DNA of 64,000 nt from Mobula birostris (taxonomy: Eukaryota). Of the stretch, positions 49,145-62,617 are shown piece after piece (the stretch's first letter is position 1; each line of letters begins with the position of its first letter). Position numbers and translations under genes: made by a program. The notes beneath the pieces were generated by a model that did not search any database, was not told where the DNA came from, and worked only from the letters and a program-made list of their open reading frames with translations. The DNA is taken from positions 30,056,935 through 30,120,934 of the forward strand of contig NC_092376.1 of assembly GCF_030028105.1 (NCBI RefSeq). The letters are read 5' to 3'.

Positions 49145-50720
49145 TATATTTCAATGTAAGGAGTAAAAGGAAAGGCAGATGAGCTTAGGGCATGGATCAG
49201 CATGTGAAATTATGATATTATGAGGGGAAATAAATCATGTCTACACAAATGTGGCTGACGCTTACAAAGCCACTACCCTACCCCACCAGCAGGCACAGGA
49301 AGAGCTTCTTCCCTGAGGCTGTGACCCTGCTGAACCTCACATCACAGCGCTAAGCAGTATTGCACCCATATTGTACTGTCTCAGTACTTTTATATCTTTT
49401 ATTTGCAGTTATTTTGTAAATAACACTATTCTTTGCATTTCTGGTCAGATGCTAACTGCATTTCATTGGCTTTGAATCTGTACTTGGCACAGTGACAATA
49501 AAGTTGAATCTAAATCTAAAATCATTGTAGCCACTAGTGAGACCTGGTTGCAGGAAAGGCAGGACTGGCTGTTCAGTGTTCTGGGATTCCTTTGTTTTAG
49601 ATGTTTTAGAGCAGGAGGGATTAAAAGGGGAGAGTATTATTATTAATCAGGTAAAATAGCACGGGAAACTGGAGAGTTTGTCTAAAGAGGATTAAAGGGT
49701 AGAAATAAGGAATAATAAAGGTATGACTGCATTAATGCAATTATATTATAGACTACTCAACAGTCCGTGGGATTTAAAGGACAACATTTGTAGAGAGATC
49801 ACAGACTGTTGCAAGAGACATAAAACTGTGATAGTAGATGAGTTGAGCATTCCACATATTGACTGGGACTCCCATATTGTAAAAGGACTAGATGGGAAAG
49901 AGTTTGTCAGATGCATTCAGTAAAGTTTCCTTAATCAGCACATAGAAGTCCCAACAAGAGAGAGAGCAATATTAGATCTTCTACTAGGGAATGAGACATG
50001 GCAGATGGCAGATGGCAGAAATTTGGGTAGGGGAACACTTTGCATCCAGTGATCATAATGACATTAGTTTCAAGGTTACTATGGAAACGGATAGGTCTGA
50101 TCCTTGGGTCGAGACTCTAAATTGGAGGAAGTTCAATTTTCATGTTATCAGAAAGGATCTGGCAAGTGTGGATTGGGACAGGTTGTTTTCTGGTAAAGGA
50201 GTACTTGATAAATGGGGGGGGGGCTTCAAAAGTGAAATTGAGAGTACATTGTTTGCATGTTCCCATCAGAATAAAACGCAAGGATAACATATTTATGGAA
50301 CCTAGTTTCTGAGAGACAGTGAGGCCCTGGTTAGGTAAAAGAAGGAAGTGCATAGCAGGCAGGAACAAATGAGGTAGTTGAAGAGTTTAAGATATGCAAG
50401 AGAACACTTAAGAAGGAAATCAGGGGACTAAAAGAAGACGTGAGATTGCTCTAGCAGACAAGGTGAAGGAGAATACCAAGAGCTTCTACAGATATACTGT
50501 ATTAAGAGCAAAAGGATAGCAAGGGACAAAATTGGTCCTCTGGAAGACCAGAGTGGTAATCTATGCATGGAGCCAAAAGTGATGGGGTAATCTTAAATGG
50601 AGTTTTTGCATCTGTGTTTACTCAGGAGATGGACACAGAGGCGGTAGATGTGAGGAAATATAGCAGCGAGGTCACAGACCATATAAATATTACAGAGGAG
50701 GAGGTGTTTGCTGTTTGAGG
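49145..50720 (+). mobile_element. Decayed CR1 ORF2 endonuclease region, interrupted by a Rex-type 3' fragment (~49235-49520)
   Basis: YYRLLNS, PHIDWD, EHFASSDHN, LNWRKFNF motifs. Confidence 0.8.
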
Positions 50721-53700
50721 CATATTGGGGCCTGTTTCCGTGGTGTATCATGACCATGACTCTGACTCTAACACTACTTAGCAATTAACACTCACAAGGT
50801 GTAGCACTTCCATAATGAATAACAGGATGGTTAAAATCACCACTGAGAATATTCCAGACATCTATGAGTAAGATGTTGCAGGGGATCCATCACTCTCAAT
50901 GCAATTAGGATCACGCTAGTGTGCAGGTGACGCAGAGGAGGACCTTGTGGGTGTTAATCGTCAGGTCGCGTTCACTCCTTGGGATACGTGAGAAATCGCG
51001 CCAAAGGCTCCATTAACGCAATGTCAAGCTGAAAATAATTTGTGCAGAAGAAAGTAATTTATTTACGTCTGAGTGTCTGTAAACGGGCAATAGCCAATTC
51101 AACCAAAGGTCAAGAGGAGAAAATCTGAAAATATCACTGAGTTCTGGTATTGGGATGTACAATCTAAACCCGCACTGGATTTCGAACTTACATTGCCAAA
51201 GGGTTAATTGACTCTGTTTCATCAACTGTTAAAAAATGAACCACGGCATAACCTGTGCAAAAGATGCATAAACAGCGGGTCCTTTATCGTATACTACAAC
51301 TTTGGGCATGTGCTAAAACCCACCTGCCACGTTTCTAACCATAAAGGCAGCAAGGTCTACAGTATACAGTTTATGTAAAGTATGAAATAAACAGCTGGTG
51401 GAAATCAAGCAACATCTGTGGAGGGAAGTGGACAATCACCAATCACCAGGCTGAGTCGCTGCATCTGAATGTGTCATACATCCTGACCAAAAGTGAAAGA
51501 AACACGATGCTCAGAGAGGGAATGAGGCATTGGTGATAACAGAAGGAATTACAAGGCTTCACTATTTCATGCTGGGGCTACTACACTTGTTACAGACCAC
51601 AAATCATTGATGACCATTCCTGGGTCAGATTCTGCTATTCACATGATGACAGCATTAACATGCCAGCCAAGACTGCCTAAAGAGGAACACCGCACCTCAA
51701 TATTATGGATCTAATGCAGAAACCTTAGGTGTAGAGACGATAAAGGCACTGGTTCCAAGATACATCTATTGACCTGGTTTACACAAAAGTACAGAAGACT
51801 AGGAAAGTAAATGTACAAGACCCCTGGACTCCAGAACACAACTTCCACAAGACTGGACCAGCAAATGGGAATAAATTATTGTGCAGGTAAATTGTTAGTG
51901 TTAACCAACATCCATTGAAAGTGGTTAGAATAAAGCATGTACACCAGCATGGAACACACAATAAAGGAACAACGATTTACATCTGGAAGTAGTTGTTTAG
52001 ATAATGGCCCACAACATAGTTCCACTTGGAACAAGTAATGAGGAACAAGGGAACTAGACAGTTTCTTTCTCCTTAGAGTTTAATTTTAAATATTACTGAG
52101 TTCTGCTATTCTGAGGTATGATCTAATCCTGCATTGGATTTCTACCTGACAGTGTCAAGGTGTTGATGAATCCACTTCATTAAATATTTAAGAAAAATGA
52201 ATTACACTAGCTTAGTTGCAAACCCTGCGCAAGAAATGCTTCAGTAGAGCCTTCTATACCATACGTTCCGACATTATCCATGTACTAAAACCTGCCTAAC
52301 TGACAAGTCAGTGGGAAGCAATGAAGAAACAGGTTATGGAAAGTTATATCAAACATCACCAACTCACACCAACTCGCATCATTTCTTCTAAAATGTAGGA
52401 TAACACCAGACTACACAACAGAATGTTACTCCTGCACAGGAGACATGAAACATGACTGTGCCCAACTCGAAGGTAAACTGGAGGAAGGGCAGTAAAGGGG
52501 TGTAAGCACACTGCCCCTAGCCACGTGGAGAAAGTATACACACTGTAGATTGTGCTTGGGGCCTGCAGATCAGAGAACAGAAGATGAGTTATCAGGGGAA
52601 CAGAGATGTTCTAAAAATTATACTATAAGAATTCAGAGTTTTAGAAAAGTTCAGAGAGACCATGCGCTTCAACCACACAATAACTGGGAGAAGAACAAGT
52701 AGACTGTGACTATAAATGGTTCGGAAGTGAATCACAGACTGATTAAGAAGAGACCACTCATAAGACAAGACTCAAAATAAGAAAACATCACTGAATCCAA
52801 AGCTGAATGTTACTCAAACAACAGGAAGTGAATCAGTACCTCAGTGACGATCACGGAGAGTGCAAAAGTGACACAGTTAATATGTAAAATTTATGAATAT
52901 ATTAGATCAGAGAAACAGAGAAACAGAAGGTAGAATATTCTGCTTCTTAGCCTCCGATGAATTTCATTGCTGCAAGTACAATGCAGCACTCATGATACAT
53001 GTGGAGTTCAAACAACGTGTGTGCAGTTTATTCAACAATTCTGCACAAATTGTGCATGAACACAATAACACACTTATGGAAGAGTGTGTACTTAAATGAT
53101 ATACAACATATTTACATATACATCAAAAATAAGTAATTTGTTGGCACAAAAGCAATCATTAAATGTTTTCAGTTTTTTGGGAATTTTTAGTCTTCTTAGT
53201 TTCAAAAAAAACATTGTGAATAGCTTAAAATACACAACACTTCAGAAGTGCCATCAAGAGAATTTATTTTTAAGTGTTTCCATGCAGCTAGTAAGGACAC
53301 CCAGATGCAAAGTTTTATGCTAACATACCCTTTATATTTCAAAATTTTCTTAACTTTTCTGATGTGTCTGAGCACAAAAGTCTACTGATGATATCTGAGT
53401 TGAACAGAAGAAGCCTGGTATTACTAGTGGATAAGCAGTCAAAATATTGACGGAATTTGCTTCCGAGTGTGAGGGAAGTTTGGTCCTGCACTTTATATAA
53501 TTATATATGTCCCGCCTATACAAATTGACTGTTTTGTTAAGTATAGTGCAAATATTCCCCAAACTATTAATTGTTCTCTGAAATTTGAACAACAAAAAGT
53601 AATGTCAGCATTCTCTTGAAGATTTAATGTCATAAAGTCCTATTCAAAGTCTAGTTTTGGCTTTGTTGGTCCCTGATGATTGTCAGAATAATTATTGGTG

Positions 53701-53744
53701 TCAAGCACACTGCCTCTTTGCTTTGTTAATAAATAAATAAATAA

Positions 53745-53970
53745 CTTTTTTATTTAGAGATACAGCACGGAGTAGGCTCTTCCGGCCCAGTAAACTACCC
53801 AGTAAGTCAATGGACTGTATGAGGAAACCAGAGCACCTGGAGGAAACCTATGCATTCCATGGGGAGGAAGTATAGAGTCCTTAGAGAGGATGTTGTGACT
53901 GAACTCCGAACTCCATTGCTTTGAGCTGTAGCTGTACTAGCATCGCTGTAACACTATGTTACCATGGCGC
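53745..53970 (-). mobile_element. V-SINE
   Basis: Reverse V core gaggaaaccagagcacctggaggaaacc. Confidence 0.7.
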
Positions 53971-55644
53971 ATATATATATATAAAATTAGATGTACTTAC
54001 TGCATATATGATTTCAAACACTATCTTACACAGGTAGAGAGATAGAACGGCTGATTATTTATTAAAAAGTGAGTGATTGGGGAAATGAGGATGTTTAAAG
54101 AGATCTGAGTGTGAACAAAGCTCAGAAAATAACAGAGTCATAGAGTAATCTAGCAGGAAAACAGGCTCTTCGGCCCAACATATCCATGACAACCATGGTG
54201 CTCACCTAAATTAGTCCTGTTTGCCCACATTTGGCCCATAATCCTCTAAAGCTTTCTTTTTTCATTTGCTAATCCAAATATCTTTTAAATGTCATTATTG
54301 CACCCACCTCAACTACATTTAATTTTAATTAATGGCAAATGGTTCATTCGGTTTTCACTGCAATGTGGCTTGAGTGCAAGAGTAAAGTTTATTATCTAAC
54401 CATAATTAATTAGTGAGGACGTACCTGGGTTCTGGTGTATAAATTTATTCTCCTTACCTAAGAAAATTTATACTTTTAGTAGAGGGAATGCACAAAGATT
54501 CAACTGACTGGCCTCTGGAATGGCAGGCATGTCCTACAAGTTGGATAGTTTTCTATTTTCTAGAGTTTAGGAAAATGAGACCTCTTTAAAACATGCAAAA
54601 TTCGTAGAAAACTTGACAGAATTGACGTGGAGAGCATGATCTCCTGACTGGGGAGTCTTGGAAAAAAGGCTGATGCCTCAAAATAATAGGTTGGAAATAA
54701 CAAGAGATTTCTTCCCTCAAAGGGTGTAAAATTTGGAATTCTCTTTTTTTTATAAAATATTCACACTTATTAAAACTTCGATTATCTCTTTTTGCATGTT
54801 AAAAGAGTCAAGGAACTTAAGGATAGAATAGGAAAATGGTGATGAATAGCAGAGGTTGTCCAAGGGGTCAAATGGTCTACTCTCGTTCTTATTCCTATAT
54901 CTGCATGTTTTTATGCTAATATTGGATTCAATACACTCATTCATGTTTGCAACTTGACTGTAAAATTAGTCAATGTATTCATTATAAAACAGAACATTAC
55001 AGTTTTCCTATATAGATTGACTGCTTTGATGTGGAACAAATCAAAAAATGTTTGACAAAAATTGCAATTCTTAAGCTTTATTTCATTATAAGGCCTTGAA
55101 TTTAAAGCAATCTTTTATTCAAAGTAACAGTTGTTCGTAATGTCGGGATATTAATGTTAGACCAAGGATATTTTTCCACCTGCTTTATTTGCTCTCAATA
55201 GCAGACTATCAAACATTTAATTGTAGTCATTCTTAATAGTTTGTTTTAAATGCAAGGGTTTTAATTTCAACTGTTTTATTTTTTCAGCTTCTGTGTTTAT
55301 GAACTGAAATCTTTTTTAAAACAGTTGGATCAGGGAATTGTGAATTTTCCTGGATTCACTGGTACTTGAAAGGTTAATGTTTAATAGTGCAAATCGCAAA
55401 GACAATAATGGGACCACATGGTTTTCATTGTATAGTGTAGATTTACTGAGGATTATGAGCACAGTTAAAAAGAATGCCCCATTTTGGCTAGACTATAAAC
55501 TATATTCACCACAGAAACCACAGTTATTTCAGGTACTTGGCCAATTCCACCTGCTCTGAGACTTCGTCTCAGCAAATAGATGAAGGCAACTTTTATTTTT
55601 AGCCAAACTCCGAGCTGGTGAGGGAGGTAGAAAGTAATACAAAC

Positions 55645-55774
55645 CTTTTGAGGAACGGAAGTGTTTGCTGGGAGCAGTGAATCCCCGTGTTCCGTGAACA
55701 TTAATCGCAGCCACTCGAAACTGATACCATCTACTAGGGCGAATGTCAGCTAATTGCACTCGCTCCTCGGTAGT
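55645..55774 (-). CDS. ANOS1: Anosmin-1 exon (exon 6 equivalent)
   Basis: [43 protein letters not shown]; caccag| and |gtttgt; 130 bp, phase 0->1. Confidence 0.97.
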
Positions 55775-56239
55775 CTGGTGAAAAAAGAATGATTTTTGTG
55801 AGAAACAGTTTTAAGAACTCCAATCTGAACCAAATGTTTTCTAGCAAAAAAACACATCAATCTATCCATATGGCACCACTTCTAAATTTTGTTACAAATA
55901 TTGAGCATTTAGTAAATAACAGGCTTTCAGCAGTGTTCCTGATTGTGACACAGTGTGACATGTATTATTTCATCTACCATATCTATGTAAATAATTTTCA
56001 CTGGTGCAATTGTTAAGTAATTTCTGGAAACTGCTTACATCGTTTGTCAAAGTGGCTACTGAGGAGTAAGAGTTTAGTTTCTTGCATCTAAACCCAATTT
56101 CACACCCTCCCAGTTTGCTGACTCTATCTAATGTCACTCGAGGAAAAAAAATAATTGCCGCCTCTTTCTTCAGCTGGTTTAGGGAAGGTAACACTAATGA
56201 TAGTGCCCTCACTGAGAAAAGCAATCACAACAAAAGGAG

Positions 56240-56810
56240 ATTCAATAGGATGCTGCCTGGATTGGTGCATATCAGTTATAAGTAGCAACCTCATAGGCTG
56301 GATTTGTTCTCCTTGGAGCAGAGGGAAGCTGAGAGGTAATCTGATAGACACATAAAATTACGAGGACAAATAGATAGGATAAATAAGATAGTGGCCAAGT
56401 TTACAGAAAAAGGAAGGAGAATGGGCTTGAGAGGGGAAATTAATCAGCCATGATTGAATGGCAGAGCAGACTAAATAGGTCAAATGTCCTAACTCTGCTT
56501 CTATTTCTTATGTTCTAAATAGTAAAATGCTTTCACCAGTGGTGGGGTACTGTAAGACAAGAGGGCATAGTTTGAGTGAGAGGTGGGAAGTTTAGAGGGG
56601 AACTGAAAGGAACATTCTCACACGGAGGGTGGGGTCTGGAATATGTTAGCTGAAGGGGTTTTGAAGGCGGACACTCTCACAGCTTTCAGTGGCATCTGCA
56701 CAAATTCCAAAGCACAGAAGGCCACTGACCTAGTGTGGTAATGTAGCTTGTGTACATGGGTGAGAAAGGTGACATGGGCATAGCGAGACAAAGTCCCTGT
56801 TTCTTTGTTG
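56240..56810 (+). mobile_element. Decayed CR1 3' fragments
   Basis: RRFNRMLPGL; ctgagaggtaatctgataga. Confidence 0.65.
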
Positions 56811-58162
56811 CTGAAGACCTTGAATATATGGCTCTATGAACATCAAATATAATATATACAATTGTAGAGTAACTTTAGCATAATTCCATGAAAAACCACT
56901 GGAGAATGGTATAAATTTCAAGGAGGAAAGAAAAATAGCAAGTTAAAGGGGTAGAGAAGTCCAGAGATGGAATTCCAGGCTTTTAGAGACCAACAGCCAA
57001 AGGCACAATAGTGGAGGATGCTCAATATCCTAAGTGGGTAGTGCAAATATTGGGTGTGGGGTGTTTTTAGTGATAAACATAGGAGTGCAGAGTATTGAAA
57101 GCAAAAATGGTCTGAGCTTGGCGTGAGCTGGAACACCACCAGCAATGTTTGGAATGTCCTCCGGTAGAATGTGGGGGTCAGCCAGGAAGGTTTGGGATAA
57201 TTGAGGCTACAGCTGATGAAGGTGTGGGTTGATGTTTCCAGCAATAGAAAGCTACTTGTAGAGGTGATATTGGGTGGCTTTAACAATGACACAGGTACAA
57301 GACCTTATACATATCTCAGAGTTGGACATGATGCAGATGTTGCCTGAAATTGTCATCAAAAGGTGGAGAGTGAGGCAGTAGAAGAGAGTTGGTGGAACTT
57401 GTTCTCTATAAAGAGCAGGTGACTGAAGCTCACAGGCCATCAGGTGGTGTATTTAACCACAGAGTTAAAGGAAGAACTTCTGTGATTTCTATTCATTATT
57501 CCTTTATTCTGGCAAGACATGGAAGGCTACATGTTGCTTAGCGCCAATCACTGAATCAGTATTTTATTTCCTTGAACTCACAAGCTCCCCAGCTCTGCTT
57601 CACCAGCAGGAAACTCCGGGAAAGCTGATTGTAAAGTGTTGCCATTCAGTCTGGAATGGTACATTTCAAAATAAAAATTACTCCCAATCCTTATGAAAAT
57701 ATTTGTAATTAGTAACCTAATTACTGTCATTGAGCTGCACATTAACGTTATCATAAGAGCTTCTAATTAGCTGATGATTAATCAGCGCCATTTTCCACAA
57801 ACCTTTTGATTAACATAAATAATTTTTCTGATTCTCCCAAAACGTCTGAGAAAATATTCTACATCGCAGTCAACAGAATAGTTACTATACTTACTGATAT
57901 TACTTCTGTATTGAAGTTTTAACTAAAATAACACTGCAGTTACAAATTGGTAAAACATCAACATGAAGTACAGCCAGCATGAAACTAGACCACAATTGAA
58001 ACTCAAAGCAGTTGTGGAACTTTTGTTTGTTGCACACTGAACTTCTGTTTAGTTGCAATGGTATCTAAAGAACTAAGCATTATGCCTGTCATATACAGTC
58101 ATCTTTGTTTACCCCAAAATCTAACTCAATCTTTAATCGGGACAGAGGAATGATCAGACAAT

Positions 58163-58460
58163 TATTTATTTTTATTTAGGGCTACAACGTGGAACAGGCC
58201 CTTCTGTCCCTTCAAGCTGCACTGCCCTGCAACCCCGGATTTAACCCTAGCTTAATCACAGGACAATCTACAATGACCAATTGACCTCCTAACTGGAACG
58301 TCTTTGGGCTGTGGAAGGAAACTGGACCGCCCAGAGGAGACCCACACACTCATGGGGAGGAAGGTACAGACTGCTTACAGTTGACATCGGAATTGAACTC
58401 CAAACTCCGACACCCCGAGCTGCAATAGTGTCGCACCAACTGCTACGCTACCGTGGCGCC
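58163..58460 (-). mobile_element. V-SINE
   Basis: Full head (ctaccgtggcgcc, reverse), V core, tail. Confidence 0.8.
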
Positions 58461-58634
58461 CCTCAGCGCTCAGTAGTGTGCCTACTATTCAAATGCACAG
58501 GAAATCCATAACGTAAGAATCAGAGCAGGGTCCTTAAGGAGTGGGAAGAACAGAAATATTCAGCCGGTCAGGCAGGCACCAAATGTTAAAAGAGACAAAG
58601 AGCTGGTGTTCCATATCAGTGACTTATCATCAAG

Positions 58635-58860
58635 GGTAGCTTTGCAATTAGCATAAAGCTATTACAGCGCCAGTGACCTGGGTTCAATTCCCATCCCTGT
58701 CTGCATGCTCTCCTCAGAACTGCATGTGATTCCTCCAAGTGATTCGATTTCCTCCCATGTTCCATAGACGTACAGGTTAGCAGGTTGACGGGTCAGATGG
58801 ATAGAATTGTGCATTACGGGCTGGGCCGAAATGGCCTGTTACCTCTCTATCCCGAATTAA
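58635..58860 (+). mobile_element. V-SINE (decayed)
   Basis: gacctgggttcaattccc B box, V core, gggccgaaatggcctgtt. Confidence 0.7.
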
Positions 58861-59124
58861 AACAAAAATAAAAATCAACCTGAAGCACCAACATCTGATC
58901 CATTCTCCATGGGGGCTATCTGACCTGGCAGATATTTCCACTTTTTCGATTTCAGATTTCCGCCATGGGGAGCACTTTGCTTTAATAATACCATCATGGA
59001 GTGAGATTAGGAAGTACATTTTCTATACAAATCTGGGCCTTAATTACCCTAAGTGGCAGTGGCTGATGGGCCGTTTGAAAATTTTAAGCAATTACTTGGA
59101 AATAAACAACTTCTTACTGCTGAC

Positions 59125-59309
59125 CTGTGCAACTGTTTGCCAGTTAGATGCATCATCTTCGCTGGGATGGATGCCGTAGTTCCACCTCCGCTGCACCACA
59201 TAAATAACTGGTTCAACAGAGACGTTGAACTTCGATGACCACTTGATTTCCAGGTTCCCAGTCTGTAGCTCGGTAAAACTTAACTCTTTTCTAGGCTTCA
59301 GTGGAACTC
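59125..59309 (-). CDS. ANOS1: Anosmin-1 exon (human exon 5 equivalent), first FNIII domain N-half
   Basis: Translates [62 protein letters not shown], near-identical to anosmin-1 as I recall it; atgcag| acceptor, |gtcagc donor; 185 bp, phase 1->0. Confidence 0.97.
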
Positions 59310-59875
59310 CTGCATAAAAGGGTGCAATATCATTAGAATGGTTAAAAATTGCACACAAAGATGCAACTAAATCAGGTGTGTATAAAGTACTTGATAATAA
59401 TGATTGATAAATGGATTTTAAAATGATCAAAATGATATGAACTCCCGTTTGTTAATACGTGGCTGAGCATGTCATACAAACCTCCTCAGGAATAAAACCA
59501 GTTCAGTTATTTGAACAGATACCTGCAAAAATGCACATCTTAATTGAAGACACCTGCTGGAGTGCACAACCATACCTTGAAACAGAATTGTTCAGTTAGG
59601 GAGCACAATAAAAGCCATAATGAGTAGTCAATTGAAAAATAAGTTCAAAGTAAATTCTGCAAGTTGAAAGTAAATCCTATAAGTTCAATGTAAATTATCA
59701 AAGTACATACAGTATACAGTATGTCGCTATACACTACCTTGATACTCTTTTTCTAGTGGGCATTCAAAGTAGAACAAAGTAGTACAAAAGAACCAGTGAC
59801 AAACTGCACACTCTTCTCTCACTGCTGCCATCAGGAAGAAGGTACAGGAGCTACCAGGTTCAGGAACAGTTAGTA

Positions 59876-60132
59876 AACACAAAATAATCTGCAGATGCTG
59901 GGATCAAAGCAACACTTACAGTACGCTGGAGGAACTCAGCAGGTCCGGCAGCATCAGTGGAAACGATGAGTCGACATTTCGGGCCGGAACCCTTCGCCAG
60001 GACTGAAGAATGAAGGAGGGGGAAGGATTTGAAGAATGCTTGTCGGTTCGGTTGAAAGACCAGTAATTTGAAAAGACAAAGGGGTGGGGGAGGGGAACCA
60101 TCGACGTCATAGGACGTTAGTAGATGAAGGAA
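59876..60132 (-). mobile_element. PLE 3'-end copy (subfamily variant) nested in a Rex-type fragment, 15-bp TSD
   Basis: TSD caggaacagttagta at 59861-59875 and 60133-60147; hammerhead-like gtcctggcgaagggttccggcccgaaatgtcgac. Confidence 0.85.
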
Positions 60133-61221
60133 CAGGAACAGTTAGTACCCTTCAACCACCAGGCTTCTGAACCAGAGGGGATAATTTCACTTGCCCCCAT
60201 CATTGAAATGTTCCCACAACCTATAGACTCCCCTCACAGGACTCATCCTCGTTCTTTATGTATTTGCACAGTTTGCTGTTCTTTGCACTCTGACTGAATG
60301 CCCAGGTTGCCGCAGTCTTTCATTAATTCTGTTATGTTTACTATTCTATTACGGGTTTACCGGGTATGTTCGCAAGAAATTGGATCTCAGAGTTGTATTT
60401 GGTGACATGTATGTACTTTGATAATAAATTTACTTTGAACTTTGAACAAAGGCTGATGTGCAAAACAAGACAAACTGTACAAATACAAATAAATAAATGA
60501 TAGATAGATTGGTAGATAAGTAATACAGATCACATGACTTACAGAGTCCTTGAAATTGAGTCCATAGGTTGTGGAGTCAGTTTTGCATTGAGGTGAGTAA
60601 AGTTATTCACAGTGGTTCAGGGGTAGAGGGATGAGGGGTAGTAACTTCCCCTGAACCTGCTAATGTGGGATCTGCTTCCCGATGGCAGCAGTGAAAAGAG
60701 AGCACAGCCTGGGTGGTGGGAGTCCCTGGTGATTAATGATGCTTTCTTGTGGCAGATGTCCTCAATGAAGAATACTGCTAGATCACTAACCTGCACGACA
60801 GAAGGTATTTTCAGTGCACCTTTAACATGTGAAATGTGTATTCATCCAAGCATTAGAAAAGTTTGCACACAGCACATTCAGAGGTAAGTGCTGAGGAAGC
60901 CTTTTCAGGACTGGGACAAGGCAGAGGAGAGTAAAAAGGACGCCTTGATTGACCGAAGGCCCTGTTTTCATTTGTTGCATTCATTAATAGTGTATGGATA
61001 GCCACATAAAACCTGTTTTTATCAAGTGATGATTTCCATGAAGCAGCACAGAAAGGTAGATTAACAAGTTTCCAGTCAATAGGACAATTACTCTCTCCTG
61101 TCACTGCTGAATATTAGGGGGCGTTAATATATTTACAAACATTCTATTCATATGATAATATTGATACTGCTTTTCAGCAGCAGTTAGGATTGCAGGAGAT
61201 CATTCGTATTTTCTCTGCTGC

Positions 61222-61690
61222 ATCTAAGGTTGTCGTAGCTGGGGTGGTAGCTCCCACTACCTGTAAAGTGCTCCAAATGGCATGCAACTCTCACAGCCTC
61301 TGACAACCCAATCCAAATCTTGGCCTTCATGTGTGGCTTAGCTACTAGGCCCGGCGGAAATACTTCTACTGACAAGCGAGGGGGCAAAGGTGGACCACTG
61401 GCACCTCAAAATCAGACGCTTCAGGCAGTTGGGGCTCATCGGCCTTGGACAGCAGCCCGCCTAGGAGAAGGAAAACTCTGATTTTAAACCTCCACTGCCT
61501 TGCAGCCTTACCCACCCATGGGAAAGGCTTCAGGAGTAAACCCTGAGGAAGAAATCCGGAGCCGGGGTCCCTAAGGCAGTTTGATGTAGTTTACAACTTC
61601 ACTCTGGCAACCTCTGCGGCGACACAGGTACCAAGCTGTATCGGCACTTGCCCTTCCCTTGGACTACATCAGTGACGTGGAGAGACGTGT
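61222..61690 (+). mobile_element. RTE-clade 5'-UTR-like element
   Basis: ggagaaggaaaactctg...taaacctcc and gtaaaccctgagg motifs recalled from RTE 5' regions; no ORF follows. Confidence 0.45.
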
Positions 61691-61769
61691 AAATATGTTC
61701 AGGCAGCTGCACTACTGGAGGAGAATACCCAGCATGGTGACATTGCATATTCTCCCTGTGATTCTGTGG

Positions 61770-62617
61770 GCCTATCTCAGAGTCTCTTAAATGTCCCTGA
61801 TGTGTCAGCCCCTGCCTCTACCTTTGGTAGTGCATTCCAGGCACCAACCACTCTATATAAATCTACCTCAGACATCTCCACAAACTTTCCTCTACTGGTA
61901 ATGGCCATTGCCACCCTGAGAATATGGCTATCCACTCTATCTATTCCTTTCATAATCTTATATACTTCTATCCAATCTCCTTTCATCCTTTTTTTTTCCA
62001 AAGAGAAAGGACCTAGCTCATTTAATCTTTCCTCATAAGACGTGTTCTTTAATCCAGGCAGCATCCTAGAAAAATCTCTCCTGCACCCTCTCTAGAGCTT
62101 CCACATCCTTCCTATAATGACGTGATCAGATCTGAACTCAATACTCTAAATGTGTCCTAACCAGAGTTTTCTAGAGCTGAAACATTATCTTATCGCTCTT
62201 GATCTCAATCCCCCAAATAATGTAGACCAGAACAGCATACACCTTCAAAACCATTTTACCAACTTTGAGGTACCTATGTACTTGGACCCAAGATCCCTTG
62301 ATTCCTCCACACAGCTAAGAACCCTGCCATTTACCTTGTACTCCACCTTCAGTTTTATCTTCCAAAGCATATCACTTCATAATTTTCCGGATTGAACTCC
62401 ATCTGCCTTTTCTCCACCCAACTCTGCATCCTGTCTATATCCCATTGTAAACTGCGACAACATTCTACACTATCCACAACACTTCCTTCCTTTGTGTCCT
62501 CTGCAGACTTACTAATCTACCCCTCTATTTCCTCATCCATGCCATTTATAGAAGTCACAAAGAGTAAGGATCCTAGGAAAGAGCTATATAGGACACTACT
62601 AGTCACTGACCTCCAGT
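61770..62617 (-). mobile_element. CR1 RT/C-terminal fragment
   Basis: MLPGLKNTSYEERLNELG.FSLEKKRMKGD.IEVYKIMKGIDRVD...RVVGAWNALP. Confidence 0.85.

Noticed and set aside
60853-61104. ORF containing CPSPEKAS, resembling the anosmin WAP exon (CPAPEKAS)
   Set aside because: Flanking residues and Cys spacing do not match, and a stop follows shortly; true exon 4 is not in the window. Probably coincidence.
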